NCBI GenBank assembly: GCA_040905565.1
Contig: JBBDRF010000067.1
Location: 57,600-88,601, forward strand
DNA from: Phycisphaeraceae bacterium
GTDB lineage: Bacteria > Planctomycetota > Phycisphaerae > Phycisphaerales > Zrk34
Direction of reading: 5' to 3'
Length of the DNA: 31,002 nucleotides
Shown: piece after piece, positions 18,186 through 26,512 of the stretch
Layout: the number at the start of each line of letters is the position of its first letter
Position numbering within the stretch: position 1 is the stretch's first letter
The notes under the pieces: model-generated
Database searches by the model: none
What the model was told of the DNA's origin: nothing
What the model saw: only the letters and a program-made list of their open reading frames with translations
Translations under genes and position numbers: made by a program

Positions 18186-18656
18186 TCAAAAATAAGGCAC
18201 CGGCGGTTCCTTGCCCAGAAGCCTCGCGTACACCGCCAGCGCCCCGCGGTGATGGGCGGTGTGATCCACGATGCCTCCCACAATCCCCGCCCGAGGCGTG
18301 CCCGGCATCAGCGCCTGATCGGGAATCGCTTCATCAAGTTCTGTCTCGTTCGCGCCGCCGATCGCCTGCTCCGCCCGGGCAAACGCTTCATCGACGTGCT
18401 TCTTCTCGTCCTTCAGCGACATCGCCTGCTTCGACCGCGCGATCGAAGCTTCGAAGTCCAGATTCCACCCTTTGCCGAACGCAGCCTCGACGAACCAGTT
18501 CACCGTATCTGCCACGTGATGCACATGCCCCGCCACGCTGTAGACGCCGTCCATCGGCTGATACGTCGAATCCCGCTGCTCAAAACTGCTGAGCGTCTTG
18601 AGAAAAAACTGCCGCGTCGCCTTCAACTCGCCGATCAACTCATCCCGATTCGCCAT
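18186..18656 (-). CDS. DinB/YfiT family protein
   Basis: YSVAGHVHHVA and DHTAHHRGALAVYARLLG.EPP motifs; AGGGGG RBS before the ATG at 18656. Confidence 0.85.
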   Translation of the reverse strand: MANRDELIGELKATRQFFLKTLSSFEQRDSTYQPMDGVYSVAGHVHHVADTVNWFVEAAFGKGWNLDFEASIARSKQAMSLKDEKKHVDEAFARAEQAIGGANETELDEAIPDQALMPGTPRAGIVGGIVDHTAHHRGALAVYARLLGKEPPVPYF

Positions 18657-18750
18657 GTTTGCTGTCCCCCTTTTTGAAAGCATCGCCCCTCCCACTCGCC
18701 CTCATATTTCCCTACAATAGCCAGCTTCGCCCAAATTCGGAGCTTCCCCC

Positions 18751-20043
18751 ATGGACTTTTTCCAATACCGCGACGGCCAACTCTACGCTGAGGACGTCAA
18801 CCTCGACACCCTCGCCGACCAGCTCGGCACGCCGCTTTACGTCTACTCCCGCAAGACCTTCGAGGACCATTACGGTCGCATCGCCGAGGCCTTCGCCCCG
18901 CTCGATCCGACGCTGTGCTACTCGATCAAAAGCTGTGGCAACATCAACATCCTCAAACTTCTCGTCGCCCGCGGGGCTGGCATGGATGTGGTCTCCGGTG
19001 GTGAGCTTCGCCGTGCCCAGGCCGCCGGCGCGGACATGAGCAAGATCGTCTACGCAGGCGTCGGCAAGACCGATGCGGAGATCACCGCGGCCCTCGAAGC
19101 GGGCATCGGCTACTTCAACATTGAATCCGAAGCCGAGTTCGAAAACATCGCCCGCCTCGCCGAGCAGACCGGCCATACGACCCATGCTGCCCTCCGCGTG
19201 AATCCCGACGTCGATCCCAAAACCCACACCTACACCACCACCGGCAAGAAGGAATCGAAGTTCGGCGTCGATCTCGAGCGCGCCCGCCGGTTCTTCGAAT
19301 CCTACGGAAAAAATCCGCACTGCCGCCTCACCGCGGTCCACATCCACATCGGCTCGCCGGTGAACGATCCGCAGCCGTACGTTGATGCGATCAACAAGGT
19401 GCTCGCCCTGATCGACGATCTCCGGGCAGCGGGCTACACCGTCGACACGCTCGACATCGGAGGCGGCTTCGGCGCTCACTACGAATCCGACGAGGCCCCG
19501 CCCGCCGTCACGTATGCCGAGCGCATCGTGCCGCTGCTGAAGGATCGCGATCTCAAAGTCATCCTCGAGCCCGGCCGCTCCATTGCCGCCAACGCAGGCG
19601 TTCTCCTCTCACGCGTCCAATACATCAAGACCGGTGGCGACAAGAAATTTGTCATCGTCGACGCGGGCATGAACACGCTGCTTCGGCCCTCGCTCTACCA
19701 GGCGTTCCACTTCCTCTGGCCGACCAAGGTCGACGCCAAGCACGTCCCCGAGCAGCGGCTGAAAGAGATGCCCAACGCCGATCTCGAACCCGCCGACGTC
19801 GTCGGACCCATCTGCGAGACAGGCGACTTCTTCGCTCAGCACCGCGCCCTGCCCCCGGTGAAGCGAGGCGACCTCATTGCCGTCTTCGCCGCCGGCGCCT
19901 ACGGCATGGTCATGGCCAGCAACTACAACGCCATGCCTCGCCCCGCAGAAGTCCTCGTCGACGGCGACAACGCCACCATCATCCGCCACCGCGAAACCTA
20001 CGAAGACCTCCTCGCCCACGAGTTAGAACCCCAATCAGTCTGA
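18751..20043 (+). CDS. lysA: Diaminopimelate decarboxylase
   Basis: GTPLYVYS, PLP lysine YSIKS, DVVSGGEL, LRVNPDV, SKFG, HIHIGS, DIGGGFG, EPGRSI, GPICETGD, GAYG.VMASNYN. TACAAT -10 box at 18713-18718. Confidence 0.96.
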   Translation: MDFFQYRDGQLYAEDVNLDTLADQLGTPLYVYSRKTFEDHYGRIAEAFAPLDPTLCYSIKSCGNINILKLLVARGAGMDVVSGGELRRAQAAGADMSKIVYAGVGKTDAEITAALEAGIGYFNIESEAEFENIARLAEQTGHTTHAALRVNPDVDPKTHTYTTTGKKESKFGVDLERARRFFESYGKNPHCRLTAVHIHIGSPVNDPQPYVDAINKVLALIDDLRAAGYTVDTLDIGGGFGAHYESDEAPPAVTYAERIVPLLKDRDLKVILEPGRSIAANAGVLLSRVQYIKTGGDKKFVIVDAGMNTLLRPSLYQAFHFLWPTKVDAKHVPEQRLKEMPNADLEPADVVGPICETGDFFAQHRALPPVKRGDLIAVFAAGAYGMVMASNYNAMPRPAEVLVDGDNATIIRHRETYEDLLAHELEPQSV

Positions 20044-20058
20044 CGCAACTCAGCGCAA

Positions 20059-20114
20059 CAATAGCCGCGAGACGACGTCTCGCAGGTCCTGCGACGCATG
20101 GCGTCGCGGCTATC
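20059..20114. repeat. 56-bp compound palindromic repeat (TAGCCGCGA family), copy 1
   Basis: Outer stem ATAGCCGCGA/TCGCGGCTAT with two inner hairpins; 51/56 identical to 21275-21330. Confidence 0.9.
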
Positions 20115-20150
20115 GCTTGACGAACTCTCGCGACCATCCCCACCCCCCGC

Positions 20151-20156
20151 TAAACT
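20151..20156 (+). promoter_or_regulatory. Putative -10 box (TAAACT) of a leaderless ruvB transcript
   Basis: TANNNT lies 7 nt before the ATG at 20164, with no Shine-Dalgarno. Confidence 0.5.
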
Positions 20157-20163
20157 CACGCCC

Positions 20164-21216
20164 ATGGCCAAACAGCGCATCATCTCCGCACAGCCCGCCG
20201 ACGACCCCCTCGAAGAGCAAACCAACCTCTCGCTTCGGCCTCGCACACTCGACGCCTACGTCGGGCAGCCCACGCTGCTGGAAAAACTCCAGATCGGCAT
20301 CTCCGCTTCCAACCACCGCTCCGAAGCCATGGAGCACGTCCTCCTCCACGGCCCCCCAGGCCTCGGCAAAACCACCCTCTCCCACGTCATCGCCAACGAG
20401 ATGGGCACCCATCTCACCGTCACCGCAGGCCCCGCGCTCACCAAGGGCTCCGACCTCGTCGGCACCCTCACCAAGCTCCAGGCCCGCGACGTGCTGTTCA
20501 TCGATGAAATCCACCGCCTCCCCGTCGCCCTCGAAGAATACCTCTACTCCGCGATGGAAGATTTCCGCATCGACTTCGTCGTCGATTCAGGCATGCACGC
20601 CCGCACCATTACGCTGCCCCTGCAACCGTTCACCCTCATCGGCGCGACCACCCGGGCCGGGCTGCTCTCGGGGCCCATGCGATCCCGCTTCGGCATCACG
20701 CATCACCTCGAGTTCTACTCCGTCGCCGATTTGCTGAACATTCTGCGTCGGTCCGCCGGGCTGCTTGATGTCCGCAACGACAATGCCGCCGCGCTCGACC
20801 AGGCGCTCACCCGCATCGCGGAACGCTCCCGTGGCACCCCCCGCGTCGCCAACCGCCTGCTCCGCCGAGCGCGCGATTATGCGCTGATCAAACGTGAAGG
20901 CCGCTTCGATGCCGCCACGGTTGAAGCCGCCCTCAAGCTCGAAGGCGTCGACCACCTCGGCCTCGACGAAATCGACCGCGCCTACCTGCGTACCATCGCA
21001 GAGATCTACCGCGGCGGCCCCGTCGGCCTCGAAGCCGTCGCCGCGACGCTCAACGAAGATGCCGGCACACTCGAAGACATGGTCGAACCCTACCTCCTCC
21101 AACTCGGCTTCCTCGCCCGCACCCGTCGAGGCCGGCAACTCACCCAACGCGCCGTCGAACATTTGGGCATCACCCTGACCCTCGAACCCACAACCGATGA
21201 CGACGCCCTCTTCTAA
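20164..21216 (+). CDS. ruvB: Holliday junction branch migration helicase RuvB
   Basis: SLRP..L..YVGQ, Walker A GPPGLGKTT, LFIDEIHRL, LYSAMED, FTLIGATT, RGTPRVANRLL, GGPVG, EPYL, RTRRGR. The ATG at 20098 lies inside a repeat, so 20164 is preferred. Confidence 0.97.
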   Translation: MAKQRIISAQPADDPLEEQTNLSLRPRTLDAYVGQPTLLEKLQIGISASNHRSEAMEHVLLHGPPGLGKTTLSHVIANEMGTHLTVTAGPALTKGSDLVGTLTKLQARDVLFIDEIHRLPVALEEYLYSAMEDFRIDFVVDSGMHARTITLPLQPFTLIGATTRAGLLSGPMRSRFGITHHLEFYSVADLLNILRRSAGLLDVRNDNAAALDQALTRIAERSRGTPRVANRLLRRARDYALIKREGRFDAATVEAALKLEGVDHLGLDEIDRAYLRTIAEIYRGGPVGLEAVAATLNEDAGTLEDMVEPYLLQLGFLARTRRGRQLTQRAVEHLGITLTLEPTTDDDALF

Positions 21217-21255
21217 ATAACCAATGCCCAGTGCCTAATGCCTGATCACCAATCG
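21214..21255 (+). repeat. Heptamer tandem array, 6 units, starting at the ruvB stop codon
   Basis: TAAATAA CCAATGC CCAGTGC CTAATGC CTGATCA CCAATCG. Confidence 0.8.
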
Positions 21256-21274
21256 CCTTCTCCCAGCTTAACCC

Positions 21275-21330
21275 CAATAGCCGCGAGACTACGTCTCGCT
21301 GGTCCAGCGACGCGTAGCGTCGCGGCTATC
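21275..21330. repeat. 56-bp compound palindromic repeat (TAGCCGCGA family), copy 2
   Basis: Direct repeat of 20059-20114 with 5 differences. Confidence 0.9.
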
Positions 21331-21332
21331 AT

Positions 21333-21374
21333 CCAATAACAAATCACTCATCGCCAATCACCACTAACCAACAA
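21333..21374 (+). repeat. Heptamer tandem array, 6 units
   Basis: CCAATAA CAAATCA CTCATCG CCAATCA CCACTAA CCAACAA. Confidence 0.8.
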
Positions 21375-21387
21375 GCCCCCCACCCCC

Positions 21388-22113
21388 ATGCGCGGATTCC
21401 GACTCCTCCTCACCATCGTCCTGCCCATGATCGGCGGCGCCCTCGCCGGTGCCACCTTCCGAGGCGATTTCTTCGGCGGCTACGTCGGCATGATCGGCGG
21501 TCTCTTCTTCGGCATCATGGCCGCGGTCGTCCTCTTCACGGTCGAAACGCTCTTCCAGAAAAGCCATCCCATCACGCCCATCGTCGTCGGCCTCCTCGCC
21601 GCCGTCGCCGCCTACTTCGGCGTCCAGCTCGCGTTTCAGCCGCCCCCCTCCGTCATCTACCATCAGCACTTCGGCTCCGTGCAGCCCGAGTCGGTCGACA
21701 ATCTCCAAGCCGCCGTCGTCTACCATCGCGAAGACCTCGCCATCCTCCTGCGCTTCAACGTCGCCCCGGAAGATCTGCCCGCGCTGCTCGAACATCGCGA
21801 TCTCAAGCCCCAGCCCGACGACGAACCCGTCGCGACGAACCTCGACCCCTTCAACCTGCCCGACTGGTGGGACCTCGCCCCGCACGCCGACCACATCGCC
21901 CGCTACTACACCGTGCGTGACTTCGCTGAGGATGCCGACCGCGATTACGAGAACGCGCCTCCGCCCCCCGAAGACCACACCCCCGCCAACCAGTTCTTCG
22001 CCCGCCCCGGCCAGCTCTACTACGACAGCCAAACCGAAACCGCCTACTACTTCGACCGCAGCTACTGGATCGAACCATCCACTTCCCCCGCCGCCTCTTC
22101 TTCTCCCCAATAA
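21388..22113 (+). CDS. Hypothetical membrane protein (3 TM helices plus acidic soluble domain)
   Basis: 241-aa ORF with host-like C-ending codons and three hydrophobic N-terminal segments; no family recognised. Confidence 0.75.
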   Translation: MRGFRLLLTIVLPMIGGALAGATFRGDFFGGYVGMIGGLFFGIMAAVVLFTVETLFQKSHPITPIVVGLLAAVAAYFGVQLAFQPPPSVIYHQHFGSVQPESVDNLQAAVVYHREDLAILLRFNVAPEDLPALLEHRDLKPQPDDEPVATNLDPFNLPDWWDLAPHADHIARYYTVRDFAEDADRDYENAPPPPEDHTPANQFFARPGQLYYDSQTETAYYFDRSYWIEPSTSPAASSSPQ

Positions 22114-22141
22114 CAAATGCCGGATACCTACTAAGCAATAA
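22107..22141 (+). repeat. Heptamer tandem array, 5 degenerate units, containing a stop codon
   Basis: CCAATAA CAAATGC CGGATAC CTACTAA GCAATAA. Confidence 0.6.
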
Positions 22142-22225
22142 ACTTGACTCCCTCTCCCGTCGCCCCTTCAATCACGAAGGGACACAATCGCACGTTTTCC
22201 GCGCAGCCGAGGGGGGCACAATCGC

Positions 22226-22459
22226 ATGTTCAATCCACCTGAAGGTCAGGATCCGCACCACAAACCAAGCCCGGATCGCGGATCACCCGGGTGTGCCAGC
22301 ATTGTGATGTGGATCCTCGCCGTCCTGATCATCCTTTTCGCCATTTACCTCGCCATCGGCTTCATCGTCGAAGCCCCCGAACGCACTCCCGACCCCGAAG
22401 CCCCCGCAGCAAACGCCGCACCCATCAGGGAGCAGGGTGCCCCGGCCAGCGAGCGCTAA
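22226..22459 (+). CDS. Small single-pass membrane protein
   Basis: 77 aa with one strong TM helix (IVMWILAVLIILFAIYLAIGFIV); GAGGGG RBS. Confidence 0.65.
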   Translation: MFNPPEGQDPHHKPSPDRGSPGCASIVMWILAVLIILFAIYLAIGFIVEAPERTPDPEAPAANAAPIREQGAPASER

Positions 22460-22501
22460 GCGAGACGGCCGGGCGGGTTGCAGCCTCCTCCGCCGCCCAC
22501 T

Positions 22502-23026
22502 TCACCGCCCGCGCAGCACATCCCACGTCGCCAGCACCGTCGCCACAACCACCTTGCCAGGCAGCAGTACCGTCGCCACGTTGTGCATCATTCGGTTGTG
22601 TTGCTGCTCGCTGGTCACCGCCCAGTTGAACTTCGTCAGCCCCCGCCCGAAAATCCCCATGTTCTCCCGATCGTACCCCGGCGAGATCATCACGCTCACC
22701 AGCAGATACGCCCCCATCACCCAGCAGTAGTAGGCGTTAAGGTCAGCCAACCACCGCTCCATCGCTTCGGTCGCCGCCCCGAACTCCTGCTGCAGCGTCA
22801 GCACACCCCACCGAAGCCCCACGTAAGGCCCCACCAGAATCACAGGCGTGATCAGCCACATCAACCCGAGCTGCATCCAGAACTTACCGCCCCGACCCGC
22901 CTCGGCTTCAACCGCGCCACCGCCGCCCAAGCGCTGCATGCCCCAGCCGCACGCCTCGCAGGCATCAAATGCCCCCTCCGCTCGGATGTGTCGCTCCGCC
23001 TGCTCACCGCACTTCGGACATCGCAT
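22502..23026 (-). CDS. Hypothetical membrane protein with N-terminal CxxC...CxxC zinc ribbon
   Basis: MRCPKCG...ACEACG followed by 2-3 hydrophobic segments; GGAGG RBS before the ATG at 23026. Confidence 0.7.
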   Translation of the reverse strand: MRCPKCGEQAERHIRAEGAFDACEACGWGMQRLGGGGAVEAEAGRGGKFWMQLGLMWLITPVILVGPYVGLRWGVLTLQQEFGAATEAMERWLADLNAYYCWVMGAYLLVSVMISPGYDRENMGIFGRGLTKFNWAVTSEQQHNRMMHNVATVLLPGKVVVATVLATWDVLRGR

Positions 23027-23142
23027 CGCAAACCCTCCATCCCCGCCCGGCCGACGAACACCTTCCACGTCCAATTATCAATAACTTAAATCAAGCCGCT
23101 CGGCTACAATATCTTCGTCGCCAACTTCTCCGGAGCCGTGCC

Positions 23143-23829
23143 ATGCCCCATCTGAACCGCCGCCAACTGCTCGGACTCGCCGCCGCCGGAGCCGCCACAT
23201 GGACCCTCCGCGCCGACGCCCAACCGACCCCGCCAAGCGGTAACCTCAGCGAATACCAGCAGTTCCTCGATTCAGAAGGCGTCCCCAAGATCAGCCCCGG
23301 CCCCTTCGCCCCCACCGAGCCGAACATCCTCGGGCCTTACCACCGCGAATCCGCCCCGTTCCGTGGCAAGATCACCCCGCCCCTCGCCGACGGCGACGTC
23401 ATGGTCATCTCCGGCCGCGTCTGGGCCTTCGACACACGTAAACCATTGCCCAACACCGTCCTCGATATCTGGCAGGCCGACGCCCAAGGCCGCTACGACA
23501 ATGACGATCCCGCCAATCCGCCGGCCCCGCACGTCTTCCGTTGCCGCGCCCGCATCGTCACCGACCAGAGCGGCTACTACGAGTACGAAACCATCCACCC
23601 CGGCGCCTACAAAGTCGGCCCTAACACCTCTCGCCCGCCACACATCCATTACATGGCCCGCCACGATCGCTACCAGCGCCTCGTCACCCAACTTTACTTC
23701 GCAGGCGATGACCACCTCGAGACCGACGCCTTCGTTCGCGACGCGCTCATCATCGAACCGCGCACCGTCACCACGCCCAACGGCGACTACCGCCACGGCG
23801 TCTTCGACATCGTCCTGACCCCCGCCTGA
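23143..23829 (+). CDS. Tat-exported intradiol ring-cleavage dioxygenase-like protein
   Basis: NRRQLLG twin-arginine signal, GPYH, ISGRV, DIWQADAQGRY, TI.PGAY, RPPHIH, LVTQLYF; GGAG RBS and upstream TACAAT. Confidence 0.88.
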   Translation: MPHLNRRQLLGLAAAGAATWTLRADAQPTPPSGNLSEYQQFLDSEGVPKISPGPFAPTEPNILGPYHRESAPFRGKITPPLADGDVMVISGRVWAFDTRKPLPNTVLDIWQADAQGRYDNDDPANPPAPHVFRCRARIVTDQSGYYEYETIHPGAYKVGPNTSRPPHIHYMARHDRYQRLVTQLYFAGDDHLETDAFVRDALIIEPRTVTTPNGDYRHGVFDIVLTPA

Positions 23830-23841
23830 CTCCCGCGCCGC

Positions 23842-24699
23842 TTATGAAGCCGCAAGCGTCGGGTCGCCACAAAATCTTGTGAATGCAGCATTTTCCGTCA
23901 CGCTCTGCGACGACTTCATCGCGTAACCCAGCGCACTGCCACACGCGATACCCGTCGGCAGCCCAATCCCCGCGCCCACCAAACCAGGCTCCGCACAATC
24001 AAGCTGCTCATGCCACCACTGCCGATCGAAAAACAGCGACGCGAACGCCAACTGCTGCGCCTCGTGGGTATACAAGTAGCCCCCGTCCTCGAGCTGTGGC
24101 CACAGGTACCGCAGGCACGTCTTCAGTGATTCGTGAAGATCCACGTCAAGAAAGATAAAAGCAAACTGACCCGCCACTTGTGGCAAGCTGTCCTCAAAAT
24201 ATCCCTCCACGAAGTCGCACACATCCAGCGCCCCGTACTGCCGAAGATTCTCCTTCACCTCACCCAGCGTGCCCGAATATTCACCCTTCTGATACGTCTC
24301 GTAACGCCGGTGATGCAGACTCACGTGAATGCGGTCGTCGTCGGCCACTTCAGGCAGGCCCTGAAACGAATCGCAGACAATCAGCCGACGGCCGGTCAAT
24401 TTGCACGCCAGCGATAAACTCGTCGTGCTACTGCCTTTGAAGCAGCCACACTCCACCACGTCCCCCTTAAGCTCGCGCGGCAGCGACAGAATCCGCTCCA
24501 CCAGCATCAGATGTTCATCAACGTTCGTGCCGCTCGTGATATGGCTGGCGTTGCGATGGATCTGCCGCAAAAGCCTCAACTTCTGCGCTCGCGTGATCCC
24601 GTATTCGTCGCCGACCGATCGGCTGAGAAACCGACGCCACGTCGCCGGTCTCGCCACCGCCGACGCCAGGTAATCATACGCGTTCCACAAACTCCTCAT
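23842..24699 (-). CDS. TylF/MycF/NovP family O-methyltransferase
   Basis: GDVVECGCFKGSS, CDSFQGLP, VEGYFEDSLP, FIFLDVDLHES..CL..LWP.L..GG motifs; GAGGGGGG RBS. Confidence 0.85.
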   Translation of the reverse strand: MRSLWNAYDYLASAVARPATWRRFLSRSVGDEYGITRAQKLRLLRQIHRNASHITSGTNVDEHLMLVERILSLPRELKGDVVECGCFKGSSTTSLSLACKLTGRRLIVCDSFQGLPEVADDDRIHVSLHHRRYETYQKGEYSGTLGEVKENLRQYGALDVCDFVEGYFEDSLPQVAGQFAFIFLDVDLHESLKTCLRYLWPQLEDGGYLYTHEAQQLAFASLFFDRQWWHEQLDCAEPGLVGAGIGLPTGIACGSALGYAMKSSQSVTENAAFTRFCGDPTLAAS

Positions 24700-24828
24700 C
24701 TCGTTCCCCCCTCAGTATGAAGTGACGACTCCTCGATCTAACGTTTCCCAGAACCGTCGCTTGCATACGCAGGCGAGGCTGTACCGCCCCTTAGCTTCCG
24801 CTACGCAATCGCTGTACCAATCGCGTAT

Positions 24829-25521
24829 TCACCGCTTAGGCGGTTGCAACGGACGCATCTCCACCCGGCTGATGCAGTAGTTGCCTGACGTCTGAAGAAC
24901 ATGCAGGCAGGTCTCGCCGATCTCCTCGGGCGAAAGCTTCCACGCATCGGCCGGTTCCGAGCTGGTATCGACCGATCCCGGGAACACCGTCGTCACCTTA
25001 ACACCCTGCTGGCGAACCTCTTGCATCAGCGAATCACTGAACCCCGTCACCGCATGCTTGCTCGCGGCATACCCGCTCGCGCCGGGAATCGGGTGGTAGC
25101 CGCCGATCGAGGAGATGTTCACCACGTGCCCGTTGCCCTGTTCCAGCAGCGTCGGCAGGGCCGCGCGGGTGGCGTAAAACACGCCGTGTACGTTGGTTTC
25201 GATCATCTGACGCCATTCGTCGCTGCTCAGTTCCAGCGTGGTCTTGAAGATGACCACCCCGGCGTTGTTCACCAGCACGTCGAGCCCGCCGAGCTGTTCG
25301 ATCAGCTTCGCGATGCTGTCGGTCGTCTGCTGCTCGTCGCGCAGGTCGGCCGTCGCCCAGAAAGCTTTGCCTTCACTGGCGTTAACCTCGTCCGCGACCT
25401 CCCGCAGTTTCTCCTCGGAACGTGCGAGCAGCCCCACGTGGAACCCGTTTTTCCCCAGCACCCGGGCGATGCCGCGTCCGACGCCCCTTGATGCTCCGGT
25501 GATGATCACTTTCTTGCTCAT
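24829..25521 (-). CDS. Classical SDR family NAD(P)-dependent oxidoreductase
   Basis: ITGASRGVG, LVNNAG, NISS, catalytic YAASK and FPGSVDT; overlaps the tatD stop (ATGA). Confidence 0.93.
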   Translation of the reverse strand: MSKKVIITGASRGVGRGIARVLGKNGFHVGLLARSEEKLREVADEVNASEGKAFWATADLRDEQQTTDSIAKLIEQLGGLDVLVNNAGVVIFKTTLELSSDEWRQMIETNVHGVFYATRAALPTLLEQGNGHVVNISSIGGYHPIPGASGYAASKHAVTGFSDSLMQEVRQQGVKVTTVFPGSVDTSSEPADAWKLSPEEIGETCLHVLQTSGNYCISRVEMRPLQPPKR

Positions 25522-26315
25522 CGTGCCTCCTGTTGGCCTGGCTCAGGCAGTCTGAAGAACCGCCTGGCGTTCGTATCAAGTTGTTGTTCAAAGGCTTGCG
25601 GGTCCGTCTTTCGGAGCTCTGCGAGAAACGCCGCCGTCGCGGTGACGTACCGAGGCTCGTTCGGCCGAACCTTGCGGAACGGCTCCGGGCTCAGATACGG
25701 CGCGTCCGTTTCCACCATGATCCGGTCGTCCGGCACCAGCAGGCACGCCTCACGCACCTCCGGCGCGTTCTTGTAAGTAACTATCCCCGTAAAGCTTACC
25801 ATGGCACCGAAGTCCAGAACCTTCCGCATCTCGCCCGGCGTTTCGGTGAAGCAGTGAAACACAAACCGGTCCGCGCTCAGCCCCGACGCCCGCAGCATCG
25901 CCAGCGTATCATCCACCGCTTTGCGGCAGTGCAGGATGATCGGCTTGTTGATCTCACTGTAGCGGATGGCCTCGAGCTGGGCGTTGAAAAGCCGTTGCTG
26001 CAGGTCGCGAGGCGGCTTGTCGTAGTGATAATCCAGCCCCATCTCCCCGAACGCCACGCAACGCTCCTCATTCGCAAGCTCCGCCATATACGGAAGTTCC
26101 GATTCATCCGCCTTGTCGACATAATGTGGATGAATGCCCGCAGAAAAGAAGACTTGCGGACGCCGGTCGGCAATGTCGCGCGCCTTCGCCGCGTCGGCCG
26201 GGGTGGTGCCGACGCTGATCATCTGCGACACCCCAGCCTCCGACGCAGCAAGCAGTACGTCGTCCAGGCGATCGGAAAGCTGAGGGAACGTGAGATGGCA
26301 GTGTGTGTCAATCAT
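25518..26315 (-). CDS. tatD: TatD family hydrolase/DNase
   Basis: MIDTHCHL, GIHPH, GEMGLDY, LHCR, FHCF, SFTG, ETDAPYL, NEP. The real start is 26315; the upstream extension in the ORF track is translated repeat DNA. Confidence 0.94.
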   Translation of the reverse strand: MIDTHCHLTFPQLSDRLDDVLLAASEAGVSQMISVGTTPADAAKARDIADRRPQVFFSAGIHPHYVDKADESELPYMAELANEERCVAFGEMGLDYHYDKPPRDLQQRLFNAQLEAIRYSEINKPIILHCRKAVDDTLAMLRASGLSADRFVFHCFTETPGEMRKVLDFGAMVSFTGIVTYKNAPEVREACLLVPDDRIMVETDAPYLSPEPFRKVRPNEPRYVTATAAFLAELRKTDPQAFEQQLDTNARRFFRLPEPGQQEAR

Positions 26316-26331
26316 ATTGTTTCTTAAGAGG

Positions 26332-26505
26332 GGGAAAAACATAACCACAGAGGCACAGAGGGGGAGGAGAAGAGCAAGGCAGAGAAAAGAAGCAAAGAGG
26401 GCTTGGTAGGGATGCAAAAGTCGCAATGATATGTTCTTAAAAAATAATTTCTTCTCTTCTTTGCCTTTCCTCCTCTTCCTCTGTGCCTCTGTGGTTGTTA
26501 TTCCC
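26332..26505. mobile_element. MITE-like inverted-repeat element (AACCACAGAGGCACAGAGG type)
   Basis: Perfect 19-bp IR at 26343-26361 and 26478-26496, extended imperfectly outward and inward by purine and pyrimidine tracts, around an AT-rich core. Mobility is inferred. Confidence 0.6.
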
Positions 26506-26512
26506 AAAGGGA

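Noticed and set aside
18660..18750. Lysine riboswitch upstream of lysA
   Set aside because: The spacer is only about 95 bp, shared with a divergent gene, and too short for the aptamer.
20098..20163. N-terminal extension of RuvB
   Set aside because: The ATG lies in the loop of the palindromic repeat and is absent from copy 2.
26316..26507. 64-aa N-terminal extension of TatD with a hydrophobic stretch
   Set aside because: It is the translated inverted-repeat element; the family start MIDTHCH is at 26315.
26316..26512. oriC or dif site at the skew switch
   Set aside because: No DnaA-box cluster, dnaA/dnaN or XerC/D-like site could be identified; only the skew change is kept as a finding.
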